A program made the position numbers and the translations under genes. The notes under the pieces are model-generated. The model did not search any database and was not told the DNA's origin. It was given only the letters and a program-made list of their open reading frames with translations. Source: Carcharhinus longimanus (taxonomy: Eukaryota). From it: a stretch of 64,000 nucleotides of DNA. This document shows, one piece after another, positions 1-13,678 of this stretch. Within the stretch, counting starts at the first letter, position 1. Every line of letters starts with the position of its first letter. Where the stretch lies: assembly GCA_030264375.1 (NCBI GenBank), contig JASCQW010000190.1, positions 95,133,692-95,197,691 on the forward strand, given 5' to 3'.

Positions 1-72
1 CTTATTGAATGGCGGGGCAGGCTCGAAGGGCTAGATGGCCTACTCCTGCTCCTATTTCTTATGTTCTTATGT
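1..72 (+). mobile_element. CR1 LINE 3' tail
   Basis: ggggcaggctcgaagggctagatggcctactcctgctcctatttcttatgttcttatg. Confidence 0.85.
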
Positions 73-1619
73 ATTTCATGTTCTAGTTGCTCCACAGGTT
101 TTTTTTCCTTCTGATTAAGTCCCTATGTTTTAAAAGCTGAATTCAGATAAATCCAAGCTTTCTGCCAAGGTATGTACTGCTTGTATCCAGCTTTCTGGAA
201 ACTGTAGATACATTAAGAATAATTTCATTTCTTCATCCCACAATGCATAATTCAATCAAGAAAGTAAAACATGCTGATTGAAAATGCAATTCATACAAGT
301 AATGGGATTTAAATATGGAGGTGTGTGAAATATGTTTAAAAGTGAATGGAAAGTAGTCTAATATGCAGCGTTTTTATCCATTGGGTATAAATAATTTTCA
401 TTCATTGGGCAGGTTGCAGGTAGAATCTGCATTTGATTCTTCATGTTGCTTTCTTAAATACTAGCGAATGAAGTTTTTGAATCAGCTCGATGTGCTAGGT
501 CCACACAATGTGAATATTTTTTTTGTCATTTCCTAATATCTATATGTAATCTGTGTATGATTTTTACTTGGAAACAAATAGCTAACCAAACATTCATTTC
601 CGAATCCTTCACGTTTCAGAAAATCTATTTAAATGTTATTGCTCGGAATCTTATAGATAACATTGTTTCATTTTGCAATGATCCAGGGTTTAAGGTTTAT
701 GCAATTTTTGTACGTTGTTACTATCTGAATAATGGTTGATGGTGTACACTCCCAGTGGTTAACTGATTTAGGTAGACATTTGATATCAATGCATTCATCT
801 GCTGCATCTGATCGGAACGAATTTAGGAGCTGGAGAAGACCATTTAAAATAACTTTTGAGAAACAACTCTGGCAAGCTGTTGTCAAACCGTTATATCATC
901 CTCCTTAGTTGTGCACTGCTCGTTGCAATACTAATTAAAATTCCATATTATAATTGTAGATTTAGAAGATGTATGCATAGAATGGGAGAATATTCCTATC
1001 AGCTTGCCAAATACAAATGTGTTACTGCCACAGGTCACTAGATGGCATTAATTGCCAATCTTTGGAAAGAACCAGGTTGCATGCTTCATTGCTGTAAGTA
1101 CTAGTTAAAGATAGTATTAATGGAGACAGTAGCTTCCAAGGTTATCTCATTTCAGGTGAATTTCAGAGCATAGATTTAAAAAAAAATTGGCAGAAAGAAA
1201 TTCATTTATTTAAGCTTTGCGCCACTTCTGTGGAGAAACTATGACTAGGCTGACATTCATGATTCCAAGGCTGGCTTTATGATTGCTGGTCCAGAGTGAC
1301 ACAGATTCCTAATTGTTAGCTGATACGTCTCCGAGAAATAATGAATATCGTTGAGGAAGATTACTTGAAACACCCAATAACCTTAATGCCTTGTATTCTT
1401 CTTCATTAGAGTGGCAACTGACCTTCCTTGGTGTCTCTGTAAAGTTTTATGATTAAGATGCCTGTTGAGCATGAAACATGATGCTGCCTTGTCTAATGTA
1501 GTCGTATACCAAAGCATTTCATTGTTCGTTCACTGATTTTTTTTCTTATGTGTGAACTGCCAAAATTTATTCACATACTGGAAACTACATATATTAATAC
1601 ACAGCCCTGTTTTTTGCAG

Positions 1620-1960
1620 ACAGAAAGAACCTGTACACACGTTGCATCTGTTTCAGCTAAACAAAATAAGAGAAGGTCATTTGCTGGTTCATTCAGGGCA
1701 ATGCCTTGACTAATTAGGGTCAAGCTGCCTGATTTAAATCTCAAACAATGCTTGGCAGTTAGCTATCAGTTACTGTCAACTGCTGCATTTTTCATGGCAA
1801 CAGCTCTATCAGTCAAGGTCCACTGTTTATCAGTCAGCACATTCTCCTCTCACAGTGTAAATTTGTTGTCTCCCTTGGATTTATATTGTTGCAAAACATT
1901 CTGATGAGTAATTTGACAAAAAAAGTCCTTTCAGCAATACTCAAGTTCTTTCCTACCAAA
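1620..1960 (+). mobile_element. Degenerate Penelope-like 3' end / pLTR
   Basis: Resembles recalled shark PLE terminal sequence (ggttcattcagggcaatgccttgac...ctgatgag) with a decayed hammerhead core. Confidence 0.45.
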
Positions 1961-3983
1961 TAACAATGCAATAAAGCTTTACAAAATACAATGGATGTGT
2001 TTGGGCGAGGGGTTGGTGGGGAAAGGGCAGAGGAATGGGACTAAATGCATAGTTGTTTCAGAGCACCACAGTCTGATGGGCTGAATGTTTTCTGTGCTGT
2101 ACTATTAATGATTTTATGGGAATATTAGTAAAGAGTTTTCCCGTGAAAACACAATAGCCTCCGAACATTCTATATTCATTCTGTAATGTAAGTTGACTTT
2201 CTTCTTGAATGGTAAGTCACAAAATGAAAAATAACTCTTTCAAAGTACTCACTCACACATTGCAATGTTTATCTTAAAAGCACTAAAATAACAGACGAGT
2301 ACATCCTACATAGTCATCTACAAAATGTAGCCTGGCTCTTTCATTCAGATTGCAACCAGACTAGCCCCTAGGTATGAAACACTGGAAGATGTTACTTCAT
2401 CATAAATGTATTAAAATTTACACACAAGTGAAAGTACAGGCTTACAGTGTATGTTTTATATGGTCATGATCAATAAGTGAGCAAGGAACAGATTGCATTG
2501 GCAATCTTTGATGCAATTCAACCCCTCCCATTCTGGGCCACCACACTATTTCCAGTTTCTTTGGAGATTTGATACTCAAGGAGTTAATCTTGTTTTACAG
2601 CAATACCTGGGACCAGTCTGAGTCTCAGAAAAATACCTCTTCATGGTTTCCTCGTAGTAATGAATTTGTGAAAAGCTCTGATTCTCCTGTCTGCTTGTGT
2701 CATTGCTGGAGCTGCCAAGCTATTCCCTGTTGCTAGGTGTTACACAGCCTCTCACTGTGCCTTGCAATACTCTATAGATAAGGATTAGCGTCAGTCAGGT
2801 TGTCTGAAAGCTGGGACCATTCCAGCAAAGAGGAATTTGAGCTCACAGAACACTCATTATCTTTCACTTAAACCTGATCTAACAAAGGACCTTCTGTGGA
2901 ACTGTTAGCAGCCAATATTGGAAAAAGACAAAAGCCAACCAGGCTGGTGTTTCCCACCCTGAAATCCCCCATTCTCTGGCTGCAAGTTGACTTTGGAAGA
3001 GGGGAACAAAAGCATTTCTGTTACTTTTTATACAGCAGGATTCAGATCATCTGTAGAAACGAAGGCTTCATGCTCTGACGTTGAATGAAATACGCAAGGG
3101 ATGGTACAAAGTTTGGTGTCTCTACTTGGATGTAAATTTGCAATTTGTTGAAATCCTTCCTATTTCAGAATATACAATTTAAACTGTAACGTTTCTTTGC
3201 TGTTCCATGATGATGTAAACCATTCTGTACTGAAATATGGTTAAGTGTCCTGCTGTGCAACTGTTAACAAAGAGATACCCACAGATAAAGTGACCCAATC
3301 TCCCCATCGCTTACTGTCTCTTTCTACATACTGCCTGAGATTCATATGGGTTTTAAGAAGGACAATTTTTTTAAAAAGCTTAATCAGAACAACCTATAAA
3401 TTATTTTGGTCCACAGTATGTGGTGTGGACTGGCCCAAGTGAAGTCTTTAAAAGGAGGGAGGCTTGCATTTTGGCAAAATACTACATTGAAATTAAGGCT
3501 TATGTTTTGAAACTAAAGAAAGTCAATTATCTCAAGCTGAGCTGCATTTTGAGCTCTTTAATATAAAGTAACTTCGTGCACTCTGCATGACAACTGGAAT
3601 TTACTCCAAAGTGATGTGGGTTTGACTTGTACTCTGATTTTTATTTCTTTCCCACGGGTTCCCCCTCAGGAGAGGGGAAATAGAAGGATTAGCTGCTTGA
3701 AGGAAAATTAGTTACGCTGGGATGGGAGGCTAAAGTGTTGTGATGTGTCATCAGTGATTAAATGATGAGCAGGAGAATGTTGTATAGGATGAACTGAAAA
3801 TGGGAATGGAGTTGATTTTATACAGTGAATAGCAAAACTATACAGAATATGGTTCAATTTATCAGACTGTGTTGGATTAGCTAATCTCAGCACCGGCAAT
3901 GGTAGAGGTGCCATAGTTGGCTTCAGTTAGTTTCAACAACCATGGGTTATGAAAGGGAAAATAAATTAGAGCTCATTATCCTA

Positions 3984-4180
3984 TTCTCCAGCCTTTTGGC
4001 TAAGATTGAGCATCAGATAAAGCCCAAGATCAAGGTCCATGCCGTTTCTTGTCAGCCTGTATGTCTCTCATGTGAGGACCATGAATTAAATTAATTTTGA
4101 ATTAGTTTTTGGACCAAGCAAGGTGATGGATCAAGGCCTTGCCCTGTCCACTCTGCACATTGGCTTTGTGACATTAAGAA
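3984..4180 (+). mobile_element. U2-headed repeat, second copy of the same family
   Basis: GCCTTTTGGCTAAGAT (3991-4006) equals U2 nt 12-27. The downstream ttgtcagc...tcatgtgaggaccatga...ggaattagtttt resembles the body of the 50.7-kb element. The 3' boundary is approximate. Confidence 0.7.
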
Positions 4181-4548
4181 AGGAAAATGTGTGTATGTAG
4201 ATGTTGGTTGAGGACCAGATTGAACTGAGTTGTGATTTGTCCTGTAGATAAACAGCCGAGCATTTTCAAAACTCATGCATGAGTACTGATTGTTTGACTG
4301 CAGTACTTTAGCACAAGCAGTACCTGTGGAATCACATCCCAACAAGGACTCAGCACCGACCAGAAAGGAAGGAAATGGTAGCTGAATATCAGGGAAAATT
4401 AACTAAAAAGAAAATTAGAAAAATACCTTTGTTCCATGATGAGGCCCCATGTGTCTGGGTTGCCCATAGTTCAGGATTCTGTCTGCTCTTGGCTAGGCCT
4501 ATCTGTTCTTTCAGTTTGATTATCTGTTTCCATTTCTGTAATTTTCAG

Positions 4549-4690
4549 GTTATGACTGCCCTACAGCAGAGGGAGTGTTTGATTATGCTGCGGCAGTAGC
4601 TGGGGCCACTCTTACAGCTGCACAGTGCCTGATGGACAAAAAATATCAGGTGGCAATAAATTGGCCTGGGGGATGGCATCATGCAAAGAA
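4549..4690 (+). CDS. HDAC8: Histone deacetylase 8, exon 4 (human numbering)
   Basis: ttttcag|GT TAT GAC TGC... translates (G)[46 protein letters not shown](K), then |gtgagt. 142 bp, same as the human exon; contains the D101 and H142/H143 equivalents. Confidence 0.97.
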
Positions 4691-5759
4691 GTGAGTGTTT
4701 GGAAAATCATTTCTTTACCCAGCAAGATAAAATCAAAAAATTACGTATTTCAAAATAGCATTGTTCAATTTATTAGTTGAATTGTCTTTTGTGTTGTTTA
4801 ATCTATCAATTAAGTTTTTAATTGAGAACTTAGCCTTTTCTTAAAGCCTGGGCATAGACTTGATAATTTGCTCAAAAGTTTTGCTGCTGTCTGTTGAATT
4901 TAGATTGTTCACTCTGAACATGTTCGGTGTACCTAATTTCCCAGGATTCATCAGTTTTCAGCTGTAATAATATTCCTTGCTGCCTGGTATTTTCTTCCCA
5001 GTAGCTTTTCGTGAAATAATCTTGAAACACACAGGCTGAATTTCAAAAGCTGTAATAAAATTTAAAAGCTCTTGCATGTGAAAGAGAAAATGACACTGAT
5101 GACACGCATGTTTTAGGTTTGTGTTCTCTAAGCTTATATTAAACTAAAGGAGGTGGACATATAGATGAGTTGAAGAGATATGTGTTGTTAGGGTGCTGGA
5201 CCTGAACCCCAATGTATTTTATGAAGCCAGATTAGACCCCAACGTTTTTTCTGTTTGACATAAATGTGAGGAAAGGATGCTTTGCTCCAGAAGTAATTCC
5301 ACTGACAAGTTTGGGGATCTTTCATAGTCAAAAAAACTTAATTTAATACCATAGTTCAAATATAATTCTAACAAAGCTTAACTATTAACTGTTGAACAAT
5401 ATTTAAAAAGAAACTGAAACAACTTTAATTTCTAACTTATCACTGTTTCAGTGACAAATAAGCAATGTACAGTTCCACTTTAAATGCAGTTATTGCCCAT
5501 AAATATACTTGCTATAATGAGTGCAGACAGTCTTGAAGCTTTCAGAGAAAGAGAGAATGTTTCAGCAGCTTGCAGAAAACCTGTGTCTTCAAGGAATTCC
5601 CAGGCAGAACTGAAAAGCTGTTTTGTCAGCTACAGAGCTAGCTCCTCCCATTAACCACACAATCACATGACCTGCACACCTAAGCCTGCAAGGTTCTAGC
5701 AGAGAAATAGAAACAAGAGGTTTCTATGGTTTACCACGCAATAGTGTAGGTAAAAGCAT

Positions 5760-6335
5760 GCATTCAGATTGAAGAGGAAAAAGAAGCATATGTAAGAATG
5801 AGAAAACAAGGTTCAGTTGGGTCATTTGAGGGTTACAAGGTAGCTAGGAATGAGTTAAAAGGGCTTAAGAGAGCTAGGAGGAGGCATGAGAAATCCTTGG
5901 TGGGTTGGATAAAGGAAAACCCCAAGGTTTTTTACTCTTATGTGAGAAATAAAAGAATGACCAGGATGAGGCTAGGGCCAGTCGAGGATAGTAGTGGGAA
6001 CTTGTGCATGGAATCAGAAGAGATTGGTGAGGCGTTGAATGAATACTTTTCTTCAGTGTTCACTAAAGAGAGAGGCCATGTTTTTGAGGATGAGTGTGTG
6101 ATACAGGCTGGTAGGATGGAGGAGGTAAATGTTCTGAGGGAACATGTATTAGCAATTTTGAAAAACCTGGGGGTTGATAAGTCCCTTGGGCCAGATGGGA
6201 TACATCATAGGATACTTTGGGAGGTAAGGGATGAGATTGTGGAGCCTTTAGCTTTGGTCATTGGGTCCTCACTGTCCACGGGGATTGTGTCAGAGGACTG
6301 GAGAGTGGTGAATGTTGCTCCTCTCTTTGTATGAA
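5760..6335 (+). mobile_element. CR1 LINE ORF2 fragment
   Basis: ORF 5798..6334 contains KENPKVFYSYV, ALNEYFSSVFT, DKSLGPDGIH and EDWRVVNVAPLF. Confidence 0.92.
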
Positions 6336-7984
6336 CAGTTATGGTTTAATATTCTTGAACTGGGGAAATGTTTGGAATTTTTTTTAGGTCTGTATGTTGA
6401 ATTCTACTTTATAATACAGCCTTAAGAACATTTAATATAGATACCTTTGTACCATGGTTGATTGGTGTAGCATTGAACTGGATCACTGAGGGATGGGATC
6501 TGAATCTGGACCTGTGATTTTTCTCATTTAATAGAGGGAAAGTAGAAAATACATTGTGGTTTTTAGCTTGCTAAATAATTACACTGGCAGAAATTTGTGA
6601 GCAGGTAGTTTCCTACCCTGACTGGCAGTTTGTGCATGACACAAGAGCCCTAAAAAAAAGAGAAAATAATGACAGGGATAGGAGAATAGAAGTAAACAAG
6701 TATTGAGATAAATATCACAGATCACAGAATTTGTTTTGCAACATGGAAGAAGTCTGTTCATCCCATTGTGCCTGCTCTGGCTGACAGGTTGGCATCTAGC
6801 CAAATCCCATTGTCCAACTCCTGGTCCATAGCCTTCTGTGTTATGGCACTTCATACCCAAGTATTTTTAAATGTTATTTTCCAGGGTTGAGGTTGGTAAA
6901 GTATTCAGTAATTATACTTTGGTAACTGTTCAAAAGCACTGTGATTATTGGGATATTGAGTTTTTCCAAATGTTAATCTTATTGTCAAGAATTATTATCC
7001 TTCGGTACAGCTGGACTGTATAGAGTGGCAGCTAATTTGGATTGTATTCAAAATCAGTCATATCAGAAGAACTTAAAATCAATATGATTGTGTTTGATGA
7101 TAGCAGTATTTCAAGTCACTTTGGTTTTCTTAAAATAAACTTCACTCTTCACTTCTCTGTAATAGGCTTGAAAATGTAAGTACCAGTCATTCTGAACTTG
7201 CCACCAACTGATTTATATATTTTTGTCAATCAATTAACCCTTGTCTCCACATAACGAAAAAAATAGAATTACAGTTAAGCACGGCAATGCCTTCACACAG
7301 TACCAATATTTTAAAACTGTTCTATACAATCTTAATTTAACTACCTTCAGAACTAATCTCCCTCATATCTGTTCAGCAATTCCTTATAGATTTTAAAAGC
7401 TATAAAAGTCCAGTAATTCTTTTACCACACAGTGCCTTTAATTTCTCTTGAGATGTCTTCTGAGGGTAACAACAACTAGCTTTTCAGATCTGGCTGCTTT
7501 TGCACTGCTTACTGAGAATTGCCCAGCAATTCCTGCCATCTGCTGAGATCTAATAGGTTTCTAATAGACTCATAAGCTTCAGTATATCCTTAAATGCATT
7601 ATTTTCCTTTAATCTCGCTACTGTCTCCTACAGTCTCATTAGAAATGCTGTCTCGCAGAATTGATTAACTTTATTTCTTTAGCTTTTAGAATTTTAAAAG
7701 AGAAGTAAACTCATTCTGTCAATACTTTACCTTTGACATCTTTCTTTTACACCCTGCATCTCTTCTCCTTTGAACCATTCAAACCTTCTATGCTGTAAAT
7801 ATCCTTATTAAATTACTTTATGGTAAACATCTGTTTGACATATTTCTAAACTTATTACCATATCAAAGCCACAATTTAGATTCTCACAATCACACTGCCC
7901 CTAGTTTAATCACCACTCTCATACCCCAGCAGTTAAAAAATGATAAGAATATTACCAAAAGAAAAATATTACAAGTTCTTGAAT

Positions 7985-8540
7985 TTTTCTGATACTCGGC
8001 ACACTTGGCATTGTTCGATAATTGCTGTCCAGTTGCAGAATCACTATGTTATGTGTTTTTCAAGCATAGGGTGGTTGTGTAAGGTTGATAGTCTGCTATT
8101 GTGAGCAACCGAAGAGTTGGGACGTATGGCTACGAAGCTGGCATCATACCAGCACTGTAATCCATACACCACATTACTCATTTGTGTGGTAATCAAAAAC
8201 ATCTTTTTGGCTTGGCGTCACCATCCTGTTAATGGAAATTACCATTTGTGTTGCTATTGCAAAGAAGCAATGTAAAATGTCTAGCTTCACCTTTTGCTCA
8301 AAATTTTGAGACGTCTTGCCCTTCAGGGTAAGTTGAGGTAGGTTGGGTACATTTCAGGACCGAGAATGGTGGCCTTGGGTCCATTTGCGATTTTGTGCAA
8401 TATACAGAGAGCACTGATTTGATTGGGGCTGTCATTATCCCTATTTAGGTTTGCATAATGAGCAAATGTCTCAGGCCCAATTTGAGGTCGCCAATCAAGC
8501 CAGTCTTGTAGTGTGTGGAGCTATAGGGAATCCAAAGCAT
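7985..8540 (-). mobile_element. Degenerate Penelope-like retroelement, RT/GIY-YIG region
   Basis: Minus-strand translation fragments KGKTSQNFEQKVKL...NRMVTPSQKDV...TTQMSNVVYGLQCWYDASFV resemble the PLE GIY-YIG endonuclease start; contains stops and frameshifts. Confidence 0.65.
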
Positions 8541-8564
8541 ATATTGACCAGTGAAGGTAGGCAT

Positions 8565-8876
8565 TGTTATAGGCCGGTTAGTTTAACGTCTGTAGTTGGA
8601 AAAATGCTTGAATCCGTCATCAAAGAAATAGTGAGGCACCTAGAAAAGAATCGTTTGATAGAGCAGACGCAGCACAGATTCGTTAAGGGGAAGTCGTGTN
8701 NNNNNNNNNNNNNNNNNNNNNNNNNNNNNNNNNNNNNNNNNNNNNNNNNNNNNNNNNNNNNNNNNNNNNNNNNNNNNNNNNNNNNNNNNNNNNNNNNNNC
8801 ATGATCTTATTGAATGGTGGGGCAGGCTCGAAGGGTTAGATGGCCTACTCCTGCTCCTATTTCTTATGTTCTTATG
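8565..8876 (+). mobile_element. CR1 LINE fragment spanning a gap, with 3' tail
   Basis: YRPVSLTSVVGKMLES...QHRFVKGKSC, then N-gap, then tail gatggcctactcctgctcctatttcttatgttcttatg, nearly identical to 1-72. Confidence 0.88.
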
Positions 8877-9154
8877 GTAAATGCGATTGCAGAGTTCTCA
8901 CCAACATATCAAGGAATGAGAGCTGGCCAGGCCACTCCATTTCAAAGGAGAATTTGAATGTGGACTGGAGCCCATTTAAGGTGTATCAGGAAATTCATAC
9001 GTGCAGCTTTAAATACAGTAAACTTATCATCTACATCTCCAAAATCTTGCCAGTGACACCTACAACCCATTAATAAATTTTAGTTTGAAGTTGGTTATTA
9101 CCACCTGGAGAAAAACCATCTTGTTCTCATTATCTATTTGTTTTTTTCTTAAAG

Positions 9155-9267
9155 AGATGAAGCATCAGGGTTTTGTTATCTGAATGATGCTGTGCTTGGC
9201 ATATTAAAACTGCGGAAGAAGTATGATCGAGTTTTATATATAGACCTGGATCTACACCATGGTGATG
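9155..9267 (+). CDS. HDAC8: HDAC8 exon 5
   Basis: cttaaag|A GAT GAA GCA... [37 protein letters not shown](G)|gtaaga. 113 bp; Zn-binding DLHHGDG motif. Confidence 0.97.
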
Positions 9268-10287
9268 GTAAGATTTAATATTTCAATTCATCTTGGTTAC
9301 AATATCATGACAAAAGTTATAAAGAAACCGCATTACTGATGGTAAGTTAAAGGATATTCTGTGTTATAAGGGCACAAGCATTACTATACATGCATTCTGT
9401 TTGTCTGCTTTGAAACTGAAGCTTTGTGTAATCCCGTATGTTTTCGAAGGCTGGAGAATTTAATTCCCGTACCGTGCTGGGGTCAGTTAGAGGTGAATTG
9501 CTTTTCATCAGATATTGAGGCGAATTAAAGTGGCAGGAAATGAATGACTTGTAAGTATGGCAAAGCGTGATACGTGACACAAGACAGATATATCACAAAA
9601 ACCTTTAGAGTAAGATCATATGAATAGGAGTGTAAGCATGCCATTTGATCCCTTAAAACTGCTCTGCCATTCAGTAAGATTATGGTTAATCTAATTGTGG
9701 CCTTAATTTGACTTCTGCTGACGACCCACACCCCACCCCACCCTTCTGAAAAATTCTAGAGTCATCAATAGATCAAAAAACTAATTTAGCCTCTGGGGAA
9801 TTGATTTTCTAAGAATAACAACGCTCTGAAAGAAGAAATTCCTCTTCACCATCTTAATAAGGGAGACCCCTTATTTTGAAACTGTGCCTCTTAGTTCTAG
9901 ATTTTGAGGGGAAACGTTTTCTCAGTACCTCCTCTGCCAACCCCTCTCAGAATCTTAAGTGCCTCAGGAAGATTGCTTCTCATTCTTCTAAACTGTAATT
10001 ATCTATTAGCTCTTGTACACAAAACTTGTCTGTAAAGTTTGGCTTCCTCTTGCCTTGTATTCATCACATGTTCTGCATTAACATTTTCCTTTGCACTTTT
10101 CTATATTTACATTTGGAATAGATTTCTGTGTCTGTCACTGTGATTATATTATCTGATCACTAGGTTCCCATAAAATACACAGCACTTAAATCTCAAATTA
10201 TTTCCTCAGTAACTAAAATTTCTAATATCTAAAATAAGAGTTTAAGTAATGTAAATTTAAAATATTTTTTATTTCATTATGACATTA

Positions 10288-10357
10288 TTACATTATCTAA
10301 TGAATTATCTTTTAATTTCTTTACATTATCTAATGAATTATCTTTTAATTTCTTTAC
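10288..10357. repeat. 33-bp tandem duplication
   Basis: ttacattatctaatgaattatcttttaatttct occurs twice, perfect. Confidence 0.9.
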
Positions 10358-12599
10358 TGAACTTTCTACTTGCTTGCTCCAAATGTCTGGGTTTAGACTT
10401 ATTGACCCGGACTTTGTCATTTCAATACCCCAAGTGATTGAGATGCTTACTGCTATTGAGGGCCGCAGTGATACTTCCAGTGCATCCACTTAACATTTTG
10501 AATCTGAAAGTTATGGTGCACCTGAATAGGCTCTGGGAGAGCTATGCTGATGACCCTGCTGGGACTAGTCAGCGTGTAAACTTGTACTGATTGCACTGAA
10601 CTTAGCCCAATATTTGTACTGATTTATTTACGGCTGCTCCTAGCAGGTGTAGAGCCTGCTCAGAAACTCAACTCTTTAAATAAACAGGAATGTTAAAACA
10701 CACGAGCATTTCTGACACCACCCCTACCTCCCCATGTCAGTTGTTCACCACCCACCCCCTGCAAAACCCCCGCCCCCTCAGCTGCTCTCCACTCCTCTGC
10801 CGTGTACCCTACATCCAAGGTTCCTCTCCACTGCAGCGTTTCAGCCCCATCTGTGTCGGAGAAGATCCAGGAGTGCAGGGGCAGTTGGGTGTGGCAGTGG
10901 GGTTGGAGGGCAGCTACAAGTTATCCATTCTTGATTTGATCTATCATTTAAATCACATGGTTGCCACTCTGCTAAGATAAAGATAGCCCTCAAAGGTAAG
11001 CACATAATTTTTATCACAGTTAGTAATGTATATCTCTGCTTTGCTGCTGACTGAGAGATCCAGGCCAATTATTTTGTTCATTGCTGTAACTGAGGTGAAA
11101 TTGAGTTACGTGGTATGACTGTATACAGATTAATTAGAATCTGTACTACACTCAAATGTACTGATGAATATTTTCCTTTAGCTTATAGCATTTATTGATT
11201 ATATATTTAATTTTTTTAATAATGTGACAGTGTTTTAGATAGACACCTGTAGATAGAGGTGTAGTTTCATTAGTTCCATGAGCTTAAAAAGTATAGCAAA
11301 CTGAGGGAGCAAAAAGACTAAACATTGTGGCCATTCTGAAAAATTGATAGCAAGCTCCTCCCTCAAAAGATTACNNNNNNNNNNNNNNNNNNNNNNNNNN
11401 NNNNNNNNNNNNNNNNNNNNNNNNNNNNNNNNNNNNNNNNNNNNNNNNNNNNNNNNNNNNNNNNNNNNNNNNNNAGAATGTTGAGAGCATACATTATCTC
11501 ACCTATGTTTTATTGGTGGTTAGCCAAGCCATCATTGATAGCTTGCCCCCGGGGAATATTGTGGTTAGAAAGCGGCTGGAGAGAGCAGAGATGGACAGGG
11601 CAAGACAGGGAGAAGAGCAAAACATACGAGTAGAGAGAGTGAGCTTCTTTCTCAAAACAAAGTGCAATCTTAAAGCTTGTTAAAAAGAAAATGTCTCAAA
11701 CTGATGTGACATTTGAGGAGCAGTATTCTGGGTAGACTCCATTTGAATCTAATCTCCATTCCTAGAACCTTTGAATGTTTAGATTTAATGCCTTGTCAAT
11801 TGCATTTAATTTAGTAGCATTTTAACATAAATTAATCTAACAAGTTCTTCCAAGCCAAATATTAAAAAAAGGTGTAAATGTGGCAGTGATTATTACAAAG
11901 AATGAGAAAGAAGGGAGAAGCTTAAAATATGAATGGAGGGAGAGAGGTAGATATGCAAAATGAATTTATTCTTTGCTTTGAATGTGCAGCGTAGACTATT
12001 GAGTTTAGACAGTCTGATTGAAACATTAGTTTAGTCAAGTAGAAGCATGACATGTTTAAAAATATAAATGTACTTGTAATGCATGCTGGAATTTTCGCAA
12101 TAGACCCAATTGTATTGTTTTTTTGTTCCAATTTCCCCATTACCCCATTCCTGACTCTAGTTTGATCCATGAAGACATCAGAAGAATTGTATTAGAAACC
12201 TGCAACATTCGCTGTTGCATTTTCTCAAAAGATAACTTTAAAACTCACAGAGGAATTGAGATATTTTTTGAAGTGTACTGCCCGGCTTTCCAATGACCTG
12301 GGTGGACATCTGTCAGTTTGAAATAAGTTAGCTGTTTTAATACTTTAGAGATAAAAATGAGATGGTGTCATAATTTATTGCAATTGGATACATTTATCAT
12401 GAATTCTGAAATGTACCTGTTGAAATTAGTAGAACTGCTGCTCTTAATCCTGATAAATTGAATAACTAGTTTTAAACCAATGAGAAAGGGAGTTGAAGGA
12501 TTCAGTTGAGGGGAAATGTATAAATTACAAGAGAAACATCAAGGCCATGGGCTAATGTGGCAATCTGGCTAAAGGTAAGTGTGTGAGAGGAAGCGACAA

Positions 12600-13678
12600 A
12601 AACGTTTATGTTGACAGTGATCAAGATTGAATCAAGTAAAATGCTAAAATTTAAAACTCCTTATTTAAATTCATGAAGTATCTGTAACCCAATAGATTAA
12701 ATAGTGACACAAATAGAAATTAATGGGTTTGATCTAAAAGCCATTACAGACACATTTATGGTTCTGTGGTGACCTCGGTTCGGAATTAAATGCTCTGGTG
12801 TGGTGAATATTTTGAAAAGCAGACAAATGGGAAAGAGGGAGGTAGGATAGTCATTTTAACAATGAATACACAGGGATATTAATGAGGAAATATCTTGGCT
12901 GGGAAGAGCAGGAAGTAGAATCAGTATTGGCAGAGATAAGAAATGAGGGGCAGTAAACAATAATTACAATAGCTTAGGGGTCCTGTAACAGTATGGACAA
13001 AGTATTAATCAAGAATTAACTTGTAGCAAAGCTAACATACTAATAGGGTGTGGATTTGAATCTTCAAATAAACTGGATAAATCAAACTGATGGAAGTAAT
13101 TTGGAGGCTGAGTTCAGGGAATGCATTCGGGACATTTTGTAGAACAGAGGGTGGAACTATTCAAGTAGCTGTATTAGATCTAGTCTTATGCAATGAGACA
13201 GGTTTCATTAGTAACCTCATACTAAGGGATCTTCTGATGAAGAGTGATGATGATATGATTGAATTGCACTTTGCGTTTGAGAATGATGTGCACAAGAACA
13301 AGTCCAAAAATGGTGTTAAACTCAAGTAAAGTCAATTACATAGATATGAGGGACGATTTTGTTGGGTGGTTTGGAAAATTAGATTAAACTTTAGATAAGC
13401 AATGGTGAATATTTAAAGAAATAATTCATAATTCTCAACAAATATATATTCCATTGAGAAATATAAGTAATACATGAAAAATGACTGATCTGACAAACTA
13501 AAAAAGGTGAAAATTGGTATTAGCTTGAAAAGAGCTTTATTGCCCAGAAGTGTAGTAAACCTGAAGATTGGGCAAGGACCAAAAAGCAATAACAGATAAC
13601 ACAGATTGATAAAGGAGAATATAGAAATGCGAGTAAGCTAGCAAGAACTATACAAACGAATCGTTAGAGCTTCTATAT
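12600..13678 (+). mobile_element. Degenerate CR1 LINE, endonuclease region
   Basis: AVLDLVLCNETGFISNL...SDDDMIE in ORF 13090..13329 matches the APE domain (LDLVL...SDH). Boundaries approximate. Confidence 0.75.

Noticed and set aside
1-4548. HDAC8 exons 1-3
   Set aside because: No matching peptide (e.g. FHTDAYL) found; these exons must lie upstream of the window.
10277-10489. ORF with repeated VKKLKDNSLDN peptide
   Set aside because: Explained by a 33-bp intronic tandem duplication; not coding.
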